Positions 11,554-21,754 of a stretch of 37,576 bases of DNA are shown here, in pieces. The stretch spans positions 1-37,576 of the forward strand of contig JBAVOG010000312.1 of NCBI GenBank assembly GCA_049691875.1, written 5' to 3'. Source of the stretch: Burkholderiales bacterium. GTDB lineage: Bacteria > Pseudomonadota > Gammaproteobacteria > Burkholderiales > SG8-39. Each line of letters begins with the position of its first letter. Position 1 is the stretch's first letter. The position numbers and the translations under genes were made by a program. The notes beneath the pieces are model-generated. The model did not search any database. It had not been told where the DNA came from and saw nothing but the letters and a program-made list of their open reading frames with translations.

Positions 11554-11575
11554 CCGCCGTCACGGCGGATTTCCC
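11554..11575 (+). terminator. Weak hairpin (CCGCCG-TCA-CGGCGG) followed by ATTTCC, downstream of the M23 peptidase gene
   Basis: A 6-bp GC stem seen directly. The T-tract is short, so termination efficiency is uncertain. Confidence 0.3.
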
Positions 11576-11686
11576 CGGAACGAATCGAACTCGTGTGACG
11601 GATCACGCCGCTCGGCATCCTTGCGACGAGCCCGCGGTAGCGCGTGATACACTAACGAGCTTTATGCCCACCGCATCGTCTCGCGC

Positions 11687-14458
11687 ATGATTCAACGGGC
11701 CCTGAAGGCGATCTTCGGTAGCCGCAACGAGCGCCTTCTCAAACAGTATCGCAAGTCCGTCGCCAGGATCAACGCCCTAGAGCCGGCAATGGCCGCGCTC
11801 GGCGACGACGCGCTCGCCGCCAAGACCGGCGAGTTCAAGGCGCGTTTCGCGGAGCGCGTGCAGGCGAATACCGATCCGGAGCAGGAGCGTGCGGTCCGGG
11901 TTGCGACGCTCGAGGAGCTACTGCCCGAAGCGTTTGCAGTGGTGCGCGAGGCCGCCAGGCGAACGCTCAAGATGCGTCACTTCGACGTGCAGCTGATCGG
12001 GGGGATCGCGCTGCATAACGGCAAGATCGCCGAGATGCGAACCGGCGAGGGCAAGACATTGGTCGCCACGCTACCCGCGTATCTGAATGCCCTGAGCGGG
12101 CGCGGCGTCCACATCGTTACGGTCAACGACTATCTGGCCAGCCGGGACGCCGAGTGGATGGGCAAGATCTACCGGTTCCTGGGCCTGTCGGTCGGGACGA
12201 TTCTTTCGCAGATGCCCCATGGCGAGAAGCACGCGGCGTACGCGGCCGACATCACGTACGGAACCAACAACGAGTTCGGCTTCGACTACCTCCGCGACAA
12301 CATGGCGATGAGCACGGACGAGCGCTTCCAGCGTCCGTTGAACTACGCGATTGTCGACGAGGTGGACTCCATACTGATCGACGAGGCGCGCACGCCGCTC
12401 ATCATCTCCGGTCAGGCCGAGGACAAGACGGAGCTCTACCGTCGGGTCAACGAGATCGCGCCCCTTCTGAAACGTCAGGACGCTCCCGACGCCCCGGGCG
12501 ATTTTCACGTCGACGAGAAGGCCCACCAGGTTCTTCTCTCCGAGCTGGGTCACGAGCATGCGGAAAACCTGCTTGCGCGGGCGGGGCTGATCCCGGAAGG
12601 CGGCAGCCTGTACGATCCGGCGAACATCAACCTGATGCATCACCTGACGGCGGCGCTGCGGGCGCACAACCTCTTCTTCCGCGACCGCCACTACGTCGTG
12701 CAGAGTAACGAAGTCGTGATCGTGGACGAGTTCACGGGACGCCTCATGCCGGGCAGGCGCTGGTCCGACGGACTGCATCAGGCAGTGGAAGCAAAGGAAG
12801 GCGTCTCGATCCAGAGCGAGAACCAGACCCTCGCATCGATCACGTTCCAGAACTACTTCCGGCTCTACGAGAAGCTTGCCGGCATGACTGGAACCGCAGA
12901 CACCGAGGCGTACGAGTTCCAGCAGATTTACGGCCTCGAGGTCGTTGTCATTCCCACCCACATGAAGATGGTCCGGGAGGACCGTCTCGACCAGGTGTAC
13001 AAGACCGCCGACGAGAAGAACCAGGCAGTGATCGCCGACATCAAGGACTGCTATCAGCGCGGCCAGCCGGTGCTGGTCGGCACTGCGTCGATCGAGAACT
13101 CCGAGCTCATATCCGGCATGCTCCAGAAGGAAAGCTTGCCGCACCAGGTCCTGAACGCGAAACAGCACGCGCGAGAAGCCGAGATCGTCGCCCAGGCGGG
13201 ACGGCCCAAGATGGTCACGATCGCCACCAACATGGCGGGGCGCGGCACCGACATCGTCCTCGGCGGAAACGTCGAGAAACAGGTGGATTTCGTGCTCGCG
13301 GATCAGAATCTCACCGACGTGGACAAGGAAGCGCGAACGAGCGAGCTGCGTAGTGGCTGGCAGGCGCTGCACGACCAGGTCGTGGCGGCCGGCGGCGTGC
13401 ACATCATCGGCACCGAGCGGCACGAGTCGCGCCGCATCGACAACCAGCTGCGCGGTCGCTCAGGGCGCCAGGGCGACCCGGGCTCGTCGCGGTTCTATCT
13501 GTCGCTCGAGGACTCCCTGCTCAGGATCTTCGCGGGAGACCGCATCAAGGGGATCATGGAGCGGCTGAAGATGCCCGAGGGCGAGCCGATCGAGCATCCT
13601 CTCGTGACCCGGTCTATCGAAAGCGCGCAGCGCAAGGTCGAAGCGCACAACTTCGACATCCGCAAGCAGCTGCTCGAATACGACGACGTGGCCAACGATC
13701 AGCGGCGAACCGTCTACACGCTGCGCAACACCATCCTCGAAGGTTCGGATCTCTTCGATCAGGTGAAGGCGCTGCGCGACGGCGTGATCAGCGACATATT
13801 GCGTGCGCACATTCCACTGGAAAGCGTCGAAGAGCAATGGGACGTGGCCGGGCTCGAGCGGGCGCTCATCGCCGAGCTGCAGGTCGACGTGCCGCTGCAA
13901 TCAATGCTCGAGGCGGATGCCAGCCTGACGGACGACGATCTGCTGGCACGCATCCTGGAGCGAGCCGACGCCCTGTATCAGGAGAAGATGTCGGTCGTGC
14001 CAGCGGAGCAGGTGCGCGAATACGAGCGCTGGCTGCTGCTCCACCAGCTCGACAGCAACTGGCGCGAACACCTCGCTGCGCTCGACCACCTGCGCCAGGG
14101 CATTCATCTGCGCGGCTACGCGCAGAAGAATCCGAAGCAGGAATACAAGCGCGAGGCGTTCGAGCTTTTCGGATATTTCCTCGAGACGGTCAAGCTCGAG
14201 GTCACTCGAGTATTGATGAACGTGAAGATCAAGACCCCCGAGCAGGTGGTCCAGGTCGAGCACGTCGCGCCCCCAGTGGAAAACGTCCAATACCGGCATG
14301 CCTCGTACGAAGAGGCGCTTGCCACGGCCGCGACGGCGGACGAATCCGCGCCGGCACAGATCCCATTCAAGCGGGCGATGGGCAAGGTGGGTCGCAACGA
14401 TCCGTGCCCCTGCGGCTCGGGCAAGAAGTACAAACACTGTCACGGCCAGCTGTCGTGA
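11687..14458 (+). CDS. secA: Preprotein translocase ATPase SecA
   Basis: Track ORF 11687..14458, 923 aa. [35 protein letters not shown] Walker [20 protein letters not shown], and the C-terminal zinc finger [14 protein letters not shown]. Confidence 0.98.
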   Translation: MIQRALKAIFGSRNERLLKQYRKSVARINALEPAMAALGDDALAAKTGEFKARFAERVQANTDPEQERAVRVATLEELLPEAFAVVREAARRTLKMRHFDVQLIGGIALHNGKIAEMRTGEGKTLVATLPAYLNALSGRGVHIVTVNDYLASRDAEWMGKIYRFLGLSVGTILSQMPHGEKHAAYAADITYGTNNEFGFDYLRDNMAMSTDERFQRPLNYAIVDEVDSILIDEARTPLIISGQAEDKTELYRRVNEIAPLLKRQDAPDAPGDFHVDEKAHQVLLSELGHEHAENLLARAGLIPEGGSLYDPANINLMHHLTAALRAHNLFFRDRHYVVQSNEVVIVDEFTGRLMPGRRWSDGLHQAVEAKEGVSIQSENQTLASITFQNYFRLYEKLAGMTGTADTEAYEFQQIYGLEVVVIPTHMKMVREDRLDQVYKTADEKNQAVIADIKDCYQRGQPVLVGTASIENSELISGMLQKESLPHQVLNAKQHAREAEIVAQAGRPKMVTIATNMAGRGTDIVLGGNVEKQVDFVLADQNLTDVDKEARTSELRSGWQALHDQVVAAGGVHIIGTERHESRRIDNQLRGRSGRQGDPGSSRFYLSLEDSLLRIFAGDRIKGIMERLKMPEGEPIEHPLVTRSIESAQRKVEAHNFDIRKQLLEYDDVANDQRRTVYTLRNTILEGSDLFDQVKALRDGVISDILRAHIPLESVEEQWDVAGLERALIAELQVDVPLQSMLEADASLTDDDLLARILERADALYQEKMSVVPAEQVREYERWLLLHQLDSNWREHLAALDHLRQGIHLRGYAQKNPKQEYKREAFELFGYFLETVKLEVTRVLMNVKIKTPEQVVQVEHVAPPVENVQYRHASYEEALATAATADESAPAQIPFKRAMGKVGRNDPCPCGSGKKYKHCHGQLS

Positions 14459-14533
14459 AAAGCGTCGGGTGATGAACGGGCTCCCATACGCCGCTTGAAT
14501 CCCGGCTCGAGTATTCCTTCCGCTCCCGCCAAG

Positions 14534-15760
14534 ATGGCCGTCAATCTCGTTCCTGCGGATCCCGCAACGCTGCGTGCGGTCCGGGGTGTCGACTTGGGCA
14601 TCGCCGCAGCGGGAATTCGTAAGGCGGGGCGAAAGGATCTCCTACTGATCCGGCTTGCGGACGAAAGTCGGATCGCCGGAGTCTTCACGCAGAATCGGTT
14701 TTGCGCAGCGCCGGTCGTAGTGGCGAAAGAGCACCTGGCCGCAGGCCCCCGGATCCGTGCCTTGCTGATCAATACGGGAAACGCGAACGCGGGTACCGGA
14801 AGCGACGGCATTGCGCGTGCCCGCATCGCCTGCGATGCTGTGGCGCGTGCACTTGTCTGCGACCCGCGTCAGGTTCTGCCGTTCTCCACCGGAGTCATCA
14901 TGGAATCCCTTCCGGTGGAGCGCATCGTTGCAGGAATCCCCACTTGCGCTGCCGATCTGCGCGCCGACAATTGGGGATCCGCGGCCGAGGCCATCATGAC
15001 GACCGACACCGTCCCGAAAGCGTGTTCGGCGGACCTGTCGATCGACGGCAGACAGATGACGGTGTCCGGTATCGCGAAAGGCGCAGGGATGATCCGGCCA
15101 GACATGGCGACGATGCTCGCATACGTTGCGACCGATGCGAAAGTGTCGGGTCCCGCGCTGGATGCGCTGGTCCGGGAGGTGGCGGACGCGTCTTTCAACC
15201 GGATTACTGTGGACGGCGATACTTCGACCAACGATGCGTTCATGCTGATCGCCACCGGTGCCGCAGCGAACGCGCCCATCGAGATCGGAACGCCTCAGTA
15301 CAAGCGGCTCGGAGAAGCGGTCGTCGCGGTGGCGCAGAAGCTCGCGCAGGCCATAGTCCGCGACGGCGAAGGGGCAACGAAATTCATCACCGTGAGCGTC
15401 GAGCGCGGCGCGAGCGTCGACGAATGTCGTCGGGTCGGGTACGCGATCGCACACTCGCCGCTCGTGAAGACGGCATTTTTTGCGTCGGATCCAAATCTCG
15501 GTCGCCTGCTGGCCGCCATAGGCAATTCCGGGATCGCCGACCTCGAAGTCGATGGAGTCTCGCTTTATCTCGGGGACGTGCTGGTGGCGGCGCACGGCGG
15601 GCGCGATCCCGGTTACCGTGAGGAGGACGGCAAGCGCGTGATGGAAGAGTCCGAAATCACGGTGCGTGCGCTGCTTGGTCGCGGTACGGCTCAGGCTACG
15701 ATCTGGACCTGCGACCTGTCGCACGGGTACGTCACCATCAACGCGGAGTACCGCACTTGA
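14534..15760 (+). CDS. argJ: Bifunctional glutamate N-acetyltransferase / ornithine acetyltransferase ArgJ
   Basis: Internal ATG 14534 (MAVNLVP...) of track ORF 14495..15760, which begins at a TTG. The autoprocessing region ...[11 protein letters not shown] is present, and the C-terminus ends [11 protein letters not shown]. Lies after secA, as I recall for pseudomonads. Confidence 0.93.
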   Translation: MAVNLVPADPATLRAVRGVDLGIAAAGIRKAGRKDLLLIRLADESRIAGVFTQNRFCAAPVVVAKEHLAAGPRIRALLINTGNANAGTGSDGIARARIACDAVARALVCDPRQVLPFSTGVIMESLPVERIVAGIPTCAADLRADNWGSAAEAIMTTDTVPKACSADLSIDGRQMTVSGIAKGAGMIRPDMATMLAYVATDAKVSGPALDALVREVADASFNRITVDGDTSTNDAFMLIATGAAANAPIEIGTPQYKRLGEAVVAVAQKLAQAIVRDGEGATKFITVSVERGASVDECRRVGYAIAHSPLVKTAFFASDPNLGRLLAAIGNSGIADLEVDGVSLYLGDVLVAAHGGRDPGYREEDGKRVMEESEITVRALLGRGTAQATIWTCDLSHGYVTINAEYRT

Positions 15761-15782
15761 AGAGTTTGCATCGCGAGTCGGC

Positions 15783-16697
15783 ATGAAGGATCTCGAGAAG
15801 CTCTTCGGCCGCATCGATGGCCTGGTGGACCGGCTCGAAATGCTCATGCCCGCGCTGCCACCAAAGCCGGACTGGGATGCGAGCATCGCCTTTCGGTGGC
15901 GCAAGCGTGGGGGCAGGGGATTCCTTGCGCCGGTCGTCCAGCTGCACCGCATCCAACTCGGCGATTTGCGCGACATCGATCGCCAGAAGGCGCTGGTCGA
16001 GCAGAACACCAGACAGTTCGTCGGCGGTCACCCTGCCAACAACGTACTGCTCACCGGCGCGCGCGGAACCGGGAAATCGTCGCTCGTGAAGGCGCTGCTG
16101 AACCGGTACGCCCGCCAGGGCCTGCGACTGATCGAGGTCGAGAAGCGGGACCTGGTGGATCTAGCAGACATCGTCGACCTCGTCGTCACGCGTCCCGAGC
16201 GGTTCATCGTGTTCTGCGATGACCTTTCGTTCGAGGCGTCGGAGCCGGGTTACAAGGCGCTCAAGGTCGCGCTGGATGGCTCCGTGGCCGCGACATCCGA
16301 GAACATGCTCATCTACGCGACTTCCAACCGTCGCCACCTGATGCCCGAGTTCATGCAGGAGAATCTTGAGTACAAGCACGTCGGCGAGGAGATTCATCCC
16401 GGCGAAACATCCGAGGAGAAGATTTCGCTCTCGGAGCGCTTCGGCCTGTGGGCTTCGTTCTATCCCTTCGATCAGGACGAGTATCTGGACATCGTTTCCC
16501 ACTGGCTGGCGCACTTCGGCTGTACCGCCGCGGATATCGAGGCGGCGCGCACCGAGGCGCTGCAGTGGTCGCTTTCACGCGGCTCGCGCAGTGGGCGGGT
16601 GGCATGGCAATTTGCGCGGGACTGGGCAGGCCGCCGCCAGGGCGACGGGAAGAGCACGGTCACCGGGACACGCAAAGCGCGGCGCGGACGCTCCTGA
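15783..16697 (+). CDS. DUF815-type P-loop ATPase (AAA-like, function unknown)
   Basis: Internal ATG 15783 (MKDLEKLF...) of track ORF 15666..16697. Walker A LLTGARGTGKSSLVKAL and Walker B-like FIVFCDDLSF. Confidence 0.75.
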   Translation: MKDLEKLFGRIDGLVDRLEMLMPALPPKPDWDASIAFRWRKRGGRGFLAPVVQLHRIQLGDLRDIDRQKALVEQNTRQFVGGHPANNVLLTGARGTGKSSLVKALLNRYARQGLRLIEVEKRDLVDLADIVDLVVTRPERFIVFCDDLSFEASEPGYKALKVALDGSVAATSENMLIYATSNRRHLMPEFMQENLEYKHVGEEIHPGETSEEKISLSERFGLWASFYPFDQDEYLDIVSHWLAHFGCTAADIEAARTEALQWSLSRGSRSGRVAWQFARDWAGRRQGDGKSTVTGTRKARRGRS

Positions 16698-16735
16698 GGG
16701 CCGTTTTGTCCAGCGCCATTCGGCCGGCAGTACTC

Positions 16736-17695
16736 ATGTCTTCCCTTGAGCGTTCCGATGGGTCTCACGTCGAAGTTGCCGTGGCGATCATCACGCGTCT
16801 CGACGGCACCGTCCTGCTCGCGCAACGCCCGGAAGGCAAGGTCTATTCGGGTTACTGGGAGTTTCCGGGCGGCAAGGTCGAGGCGGGCGAACCCGTTGCC
16901 GACGCGCTCTCCCGCGAGCTTCACGAGGAGCTCGGCATCGACGTACAACGCGCATACCCATGGATCACCCGCGTCTATACCTATCCCCACGCGACGGTGC
17001 GGCTGCACTTCTACCGGGTTGTCGAGTGGAACGGCACTCCGCGGTGCAAGGAACACCAGGCGATCACGTGGCAACACACCGCCGCGCTTACCGTGACGCC
17101 GCTCCTCCCGGCGAATTCGCCGGTGCTCAGGGCGCTCATGCTGCCGGCGGAGTATGCAATCTCGTGTGTGTCGGATATGGGTGAGGCACGCTTCCTAGAA
17201 AGCCTGCAGCGTCGACTCGCTGGGGGATTGAGGCTCGTGCAGGTGCGCGAAAAAGCATTGCAGCGTGCGGCGCTTGCGCGACTCGTCGAGCGAATGGTGG
17301 CCGCGGCCCGCCCCTACAACGCCCGTGTCCTCGTCAACGGTGACCCCGACGTCGCCCGGACCGCGGGAGCGGACGGCGTTCACCTCACCGAGGAGCAACT
17401 CACTACGCTCGAAAGCCGCCCCTCGTTCGATCTCGTGGGAGCGTCCTGTCATGGCAGCGAGGGATTGCGCCGCGCCGAAGCTCTCGAGATCGACTTTGCA
17501 GTTCTCGGACCGGTCAAGGCGACCCCGACACATCCCGGCGGGACGCTGCTCGGCTGGAATGGCTTTGGCGAGATCGCAGCGAATGCGGCGATTCCGATAT
17601 TCGGAATTGGCGGGCTGACAGGGGCCGACTTCGACGTGGCCTGGTCGCATGGCGCGCACGGGCTCGCGATGATTCGCGGCAGCTGGGATGATTGA
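16736..17695 (+). CDS. Nudix hydrolase (MutT-like) fused to a thiamine-phosphate-synthase-like (ThiE/TenI fold) domain
   Basis: Internal ATG 16736 (MSSLERS...) of track ORF 16448..17695. Nudix box GGKVEAGEPVADALSRELHEELGI. The C-terminal half (LRLVQVREK..., GADGVHL..., GASCH..., FGIGGL) looks like a TMP-synthase-type TIM barrel. Confidence 0.8.
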   Translation: MSSLERSDGSHVEVAVAIITRLDGTVLLAQRPEGKVYSGYWEFPGGKVEAGEPVADALSRELHEELGIDVQRAYPWITRVYTYPHATVRLHFYRVVEWNGTPRCKEHQAITWQHTAALTVTPLLPANSPVLRALMLPAEYAISCVSDMGEARFLESLQRRLAGGLRLVQVREKALQRAALARLVERMVAAARPYNARVLVNGDPDVARTAGADGVHLTEEQLTTLESRPSFDLVGASCHGSEGLRRAEALEIDFAVLGPVKATPTHPGGTLLGWNGFGEIAANAAIPIFGIGGLTGADFDVAWSHGAHGLAMIRGSWDD

Positions 17696-17775
17696 GGGCC
17701 GCCCGCGGCCGCACCTTTAATCATGCGGAGAGAGCCTGCCCGTGGAGACGCCGGACGGGCATTGTCACGATCCAG

Positions 17776-18006
17776 CTAAAGAGCGACTGCGCGACTACGC
17801 GTCGCTGGGTCGTCTGCGAGCAGTTCGTCAGGCTCGTCGAGTGGAATCGGGAGCCGATATTCTTCATTCGCCCAGGCGCCCAGATCGGCCATCTTGCAGC
17901 GCTCCGAGCAGAAGGGACGGAAACGATTCTCGGGCTGCCACGCGACGCTCGCACCGCATTTCGGGCATGCAACGCGCGGCACGGGTCGTCCAGGCTCGCG
18001 AGTCAT
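17776..18006 (-). CDS. yacG: DNA gyrase inhibitor YacG (zinc finger)
   Basis: C-terminal 76 codons of track ORF 17776..18369 (-): [50 protein letters not shown]. The ATG overlaps the zapD stop as ATGA at 18003-18006. Confidence 0.87.
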   Translation of the reverse strand: MTREPGRPVPRVACPKCGASVAWQPENRFRPFCSERCKMADLGAWANEEYRLPIPLDEPDELLADDPATRSRAVAL

Positions 18007-18755
18007 AGCGCGCAAAAAGTGAGCTGAAATCCGACGTCGGACTCGACGGGCCGGGAGCGCGCGTCGACGAACGTCACGAAGCGGACATTCAGCATGTACT
18101 TGTTCGCGGAGATCTCGGGAATGAACTCGAGCGCGCGCGGCACGCGGATGCGCACCATCTGCGCGGAGCGGCCACCCAGCATTTGCTGGAACGAGCCTCC
18201 CTGCGCGACGACTTCCAGCGGCTTCCCGCTCTCGCGCAGCATACGCAGGACGATTCCGGTCGCGTCGCGAATCGGGAACAGCGGCGAGAGCCATCCCTCC
18301 AGATCGCGGTATCGTGCTTCGGTATCGCGATGCAACCAGTGGTGATACGAGGGCAGATCGAATTCGCATGCGCCCCCCGGAATTGACGTGCGCTGCTTGA
18401 TGGCCATTAGCCAGTCATTCTCGCGCAGGGCCTGGCCGATCTTGCCGGTCATCGCGAGAAGCCCGGCGTGCGCCTGCTCCATGTCGCGCAGAACCCCGGC
18501 CAGGACGTCCTGGTCGATGTCCGGATTGCTGCGATACGAGGCCAGCACGTTGCGTTGGCGGTCGAGTTCCTGCAGCAGATCCGACTTCAAATCCGCCCGG
18601 CTCGCGACCTCCAGGATCTCGAAAAGCGTCAACAGCGCAGAATGATGCTCGACGGGATCGGAGCGCTCCAGGAAAAAGCGCGCACGGTCGAAGAGGTCCT
18701 CGAGACGCAGCATGGTCCGGATGCGCTCGACCAGCGGATATTCGTATGTGATCAC
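18003..18755 (-). CDS. zapD: Cell division protein ZapD
   Basis: Track ORF 18003..18809 (-). (V)[21 protein letters not shown] matches the canonical ZapD N-terminus, so I favour GTG 18755 (250 aa). The longer GTG 18809 start is possible. Neither has a good Shine-Dalgarno. Confidence 0.85.
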   Translation of the reverse strand: MITYEYPLVERIRTMLRLEDLFDRARFFLERSDPVEHHSALLTLFEILEVASRADLKSDLLQELDRQRNVLASYRSNPDIDQDVLAGVLRDMEQAHAGLLAMTGKIGQALRENDWLMAIKQRTSIPGGACEFDLPSYHHWLHRDTEARYRDLEGWLSPLFPIRDATGIVLRMLRESGKPLEVVAQGGSFQQMLGGRSAQMVRIRVPRALEFIPEISANKYMLNVRFVTFVDARSRPVESDVGFQLTFCAL

Positions 18756-18850
18756 CCTTGTCCCGGGCTTTCTCGGGAGAATCGGCGGATTTTCCCCGAT
18801 TCGGTACACATTGACAACACGGCGACGCTGTTAATCGTATTCGTCATCGG

Positions 18851-19456
18851 TCATCGCTTCCGCGCAAGTACGCGATAGGACGCGTGCAGTTTCTCGACTT
18901 GCGGCCGCAAACTCTCGGACGTGCCGCTGTTGTCGATGACGTCGTCGGCACGACGCAGGCGCTCGGCACGCGACACTTGAGCGGCCATGATGGCCTCGAC
19001 TGCGTCGCGTGCGAGCTTGTTGCGCGCCATCACGCGCTCGATCTGAAGCGATTCCGGACAGTCCACGACGAGTACGCGGTCGCAGCGCGCGTGGGGATCA
19101 CCGGTTTCGACGAGCAGGGGAATCATCAGAATGACGTACTCGCTTGTGGCCTGCGCCGCCCGCCGATCCGTCTCGACCCGAATCATCGGGTGCAGGATCG
19201 ATTCGAGCGCCTTCTTTGCGGCCGCATCGGAGAAGATCCTGTCACGCATGCGCGCACGATCGAGCGCACCGAGCGGCTCTATGTATTCGGGGCCGAACAT
19301 TGCGCGTATCGGCTCGATGGCCTCGCCGCCCGGCGCGGTCAGCTGGTGCGCAAGCTGATCGGCATCGATGACCGTGACGCCGAGCTCGGTGAACAGGTCG
19401 GCGACAGTCGATTTGCCGCTGCCTATGCCGCCCGTAAGTCCGACCTTGAAACGCAT
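18851..19456 (-). CDS. coaE: Dephospho-CoA kinase
   Basis: Track ORF 18851..19459 (-). M(M)RFKVGLTGGIGSGKSTVADLF P-loop. ATG 19456 overlaps the pilD stop (TGATG). GTG 19459 is the alternative. Confidence 0.93.
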   Translation of the reverse strand: MRFKVGLTGGIGSGKSTVADLFTELGVTVIDADQLAHQLTAPGGEAIEPIRAMFGPEYIEPLGALDRARMRDRIFSDAAAKKALESILHPMIRVETDRRAAQATSEYVILMIPLLVETGDPHARCDRVLVVDCPESLQIERVMARNKLARDAVEAIMAAQVSRAERLRRADDVIDNSGTSESLRPQVEKLHASYRVLARKR

Positions 19457-20310
19457 CACAGGATGCGCCCGAGATAATAGTTGAGCAGATCATTGCCCCA
19501 GAAGAGCGCTATGACCCCGGCCGCCGCCAGATAGGGACCGAAAGGCATCGGCACTTCACGACCGCGGCGTGCGAGGACGATGAGCACAACCCCGACCACG
19601 GTACCGACGACGGACGAGAAGAGCACGACGAGGGGCAAAGCCTTCCAGCCGAGCCACGCACCGATCGCCGCGAGGAGCTTGAAATCCCCGAACCCCATTC
19701 CTTCCTTGCCGGTCAAGAGCTTGAACCCCCAGTAGACCGTCCACAGCAGGAGGTACCCCGCGGCCGCACCGATCACCGCGGACTGCAAGTCCACGAAGGT
19801 TCCTCGCATATTTAACAATAGCCCCGCCCAGAGCAGCGGCAGCGTGATCGAATCGGGAAGGAGCTGGGTGTCGAAGTCGATGAGCGCGAGTGCGATCATG
19901 CACCACAGGAAAAGCATCGCGGCGAGCGCGACCCAGCCGGGTCCGAAGTGCCACGCCGCAAAGCCGGCGACAATCCCGGCAGCCAGCTCGACGATCGGGT
20001 AGCGCATGCTGATCCGGACCCCGCATGCAGCGCATTTCCCGCGCAGGAACAGATACGACAGGACGGGGAGGTTTTCGACCGCGCGTATCCGATGACCGCA
20101 TGCCGGACATGCGGACGGGGGCGTCGCGAGATTGAACCGGGGCGCATCCGGCGGAGATTCGCCGTGCAGCTCGGCGCATTGCTCGCGCCAGTCCCGCTCC
20201 ATGATTTTTGGCAAGCGGTAGATCACCACGTTAAGGAAGCTGCCGATCGCCAGTCCGACGAGCCAGCTGATCGCCGTAAAGAGCAGTGGATCCATGTAAG
20301 CGGAGAACAT
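19456..20310 (-). CDS. pilD: Prepilin peptidase / N-methyltransferase PilD (A24 family)
   Basis: Track ORF 19456..20532 (-). The upstream 74 codons overlap pilC and the terminator and are not protein-like. From ATG 20310 (or 20295): MFSAYMDPLLFTAISWLVGLAIGSFLNVVIYRLPKIMERDW, the four-Cys motif CPACGH...CAACG, and catalytic-type GFGDFKLLAAIGAWLG. Confidence 0.9.
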   Translation of the reverse strand: MFSAYMDPLLFTAISWLVGLAIGSFLNVVIYRLPKIMERDWREQCAELHGESPPDAPRFNLATPPSACPACGHRIRAVENLPVLSYLFLRGKCAACGVRISMRYPIVELAAGIVAGFAAWHFGPGWVALAAMLFLWCMIALALIDFDTQLLPDSITLPLLWAGLLLNMRGTFVDLQSAVIGAAAGYLLLWTVYWGFKLLTGKEGMGFGDFKLLAAIGAWLGWKALPLVVLFSSVVGTVVGVVLIVLARRGREVPMPFGPYLAAAGVIALFWGNDLLNYYLGRIL

Positions 20311-20427
20311 GCTGGCGACGCCGTATGCGGTCAGACGGCTCGCCCCTTCCCAGGATTTCGGGCACGCCGTTGCGTGCAATCGAATGTCTTGATCAGGGAG
20401 ATTTGGTGTGGCATGCGCGCGAACGTC

Positions 20428-20460
20428 AAAAAAAGGGTTGCAGGCCGCGCCCGCAACCCC
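20428..20460 (-). terminator. Rho-independent terminator downstream of pilC
   Basis: On the minus strand: GGGTTGC-(11-nt GC loop)-GCAACCC followed by TTTTTTT. It starts about 17 nt after the pilC stop. Confidence 0.7.
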
Positions 20461-20476
20461 GGTTGAGCGACTCGCG

Positions 20477-21727
20477 CTAAATGGCCTGGCCGAGCTTGAA
20501 GATCGGCAGGTACATGGCAACCACCATGCCACCGATCAGCGTGCCAAGCACGACCATGATCATCGGCTCCATCAGGCTGGACATCGCCTCGACCGCATCG
20601 TCGACTTCCGCCTCGAAGAAATCGGCGACCTTTCCGAGCATGTTGTCCAGCGCGCCGGATTCCTCACCGATCTGCGTCATCTGTATCACCATGCTCGGGA
20701 AGACGTTGGTGTTCTGCATGGCGACGGTGAGGCTGGTGCCCGTGCTGACTTCCTGCTGAACCCGCTTGGTGGCGATCGCGTAGACGTAGTTGCCCGAGGC
20801 GCCACCGACCGAGTCGAGTGCCTCGACGAGCGGCACGCCGGCCGCGAACATCGTGGAGAGCGTGCGCGTCCAGCGCGCAATGACCGACTTGCGGACGATG
20901 TCCCCGAATATCGGCAGCTTGAGGAGCAGCCGGTCCATGAAGATCTGCACGGCTTCCGAGCGCTTCCAAAGCGCGAAGAAGCCCCACGTGCCACCGATCA
21001 CGATCCCGAAAATGAGGTACCAGTACTGGACGAAGAAGTCCGAGATGCCCATGACGAAGAGCGTCGGCGCAGGAAGGTCCGCGCCGAAGTTCGTGAACAC
21101 CTGCTTGAACGCCGGAATCACGAAGATCATGATGACTGCGGTGATGACGAAAGCGACCACGATGATCGAGACCGGGTAGAACATCGCGGACTTGATCTTG
21201 CTCTTGATCGCGAGAATCTTTTCCTTGTAGGTGGCAAGGCGATCGAGCAGCGTCTCGAGAATACCCGCCTGCTCGCCGGCCTGGACCAGGTTGCAAAACA
21301 GGGCATCGAAGTAGAGCGGGAACTTGCGAAATGCGGCCGCCAGCGACGATCCGGTCTCGACCTCGGTCTTAATGTCTAGGAGGAGCTTCGCCACCCGGGG
21401 GTTCGCGTGTCCCTTGCCGACGATGTCGAACGCCTGCAGCAGCGGCACCCCGGATTTCATCATCGTGGCCAGCTGGCGGGTGAATAGCGCGATGTCTTTT
21501 TCCGTGATCTTGCGTCCGCCGGAAAGGCGCTGTTTCTTGACCTTGGTGGGATTGACGCCCTGGCGACGCAACGTGGCGTTCACCACGTTCATTCCGCTGG
21601 CGCGCATCTCGCCTTTGACCAGCTTGCCGGAGCGGTCTTTCCCTTCCCAGAAGTAGATCGCCTCCTTGACGGTGCTCTTTCTTGCTCTCGCTGCTGCTGC
21701 TGCTGCGGATGCGGATGCGGTTGCCAT
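20477..21727 (-). CDS. pilC: Type IV pilus inner-membrane platform protein PilC
   Basis: Track ORF 20477..21727 (-), 416 aa. Two GspF-type repeats (…FTRQLATMMKSGVPLLQAFDI… and …WTRTLSTMFAAGVPLVEALDS…). Lies between pilB and pilD. Confidence 0.94.
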   Translation of the reverse strand: MATASASAAAAAARARKSTVKEAIYFWEGKDRSGKLVKGEMRASGMNVVNATLRRQGVNPTKVKKQRLSGGRKITEKDIALFTRQLATMMKSGVPLLQAFDIVGKGHANPRVAKLLLDIKTEVETGSSLAAAFRKFPLYFDALFCNLVQAGEQAGILETLLDRLATYKEKILAIKSKIKSAMFYPVSIIVVAFVITAVIMIFVIPAFKQVFTNFGADLPAPTLFVMGISDFFVQYWYLIFGIVIGGTWGFFALWKRSEAVQIFMDRLLLKLPIFGDIVRKSVIARWTRTLSTMFAAGVPLVEALDSVGGASGNYVYAIATKRVQQEVSTGTSLTVAMQNTNVFPSMVIQMTQIGEESGALDNMLGKVADFFEAEVDDAVEAMSSLMEPMIMVVLGTLIGGMVVAMYLPIFKLGQAI

Positions 21728-21754
21728 GTGGACTCCCTTACGAAACTCTCTCGT

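Noticed and set aside
12071-13423. 450-aa ORF antisense to secA
   Set aside because: A high-GC antisense artefact. The secA assignment on the + strand is unambiguous.
14642-16009. 455-aa ORF antisense to argJ and the DUF815 ATPase gene
   Set aside because: It spans two real + strand genes and their intergenic gap. Arg-rich, low-complexity translation.
17776-18369. 197-aa ORF extending yacG upstream into zapD
   Set aside because: Only the last 76 codons are YacG-like. The rest overlaps zapD out of frame.
20311-20532. Upstream extension of the pilD ORF to 20532
   Set aside because: It would overlap pilC by 56 nt and read through the pilC terminator. The translation is not PilD-like until MFSAYMDPLLF.
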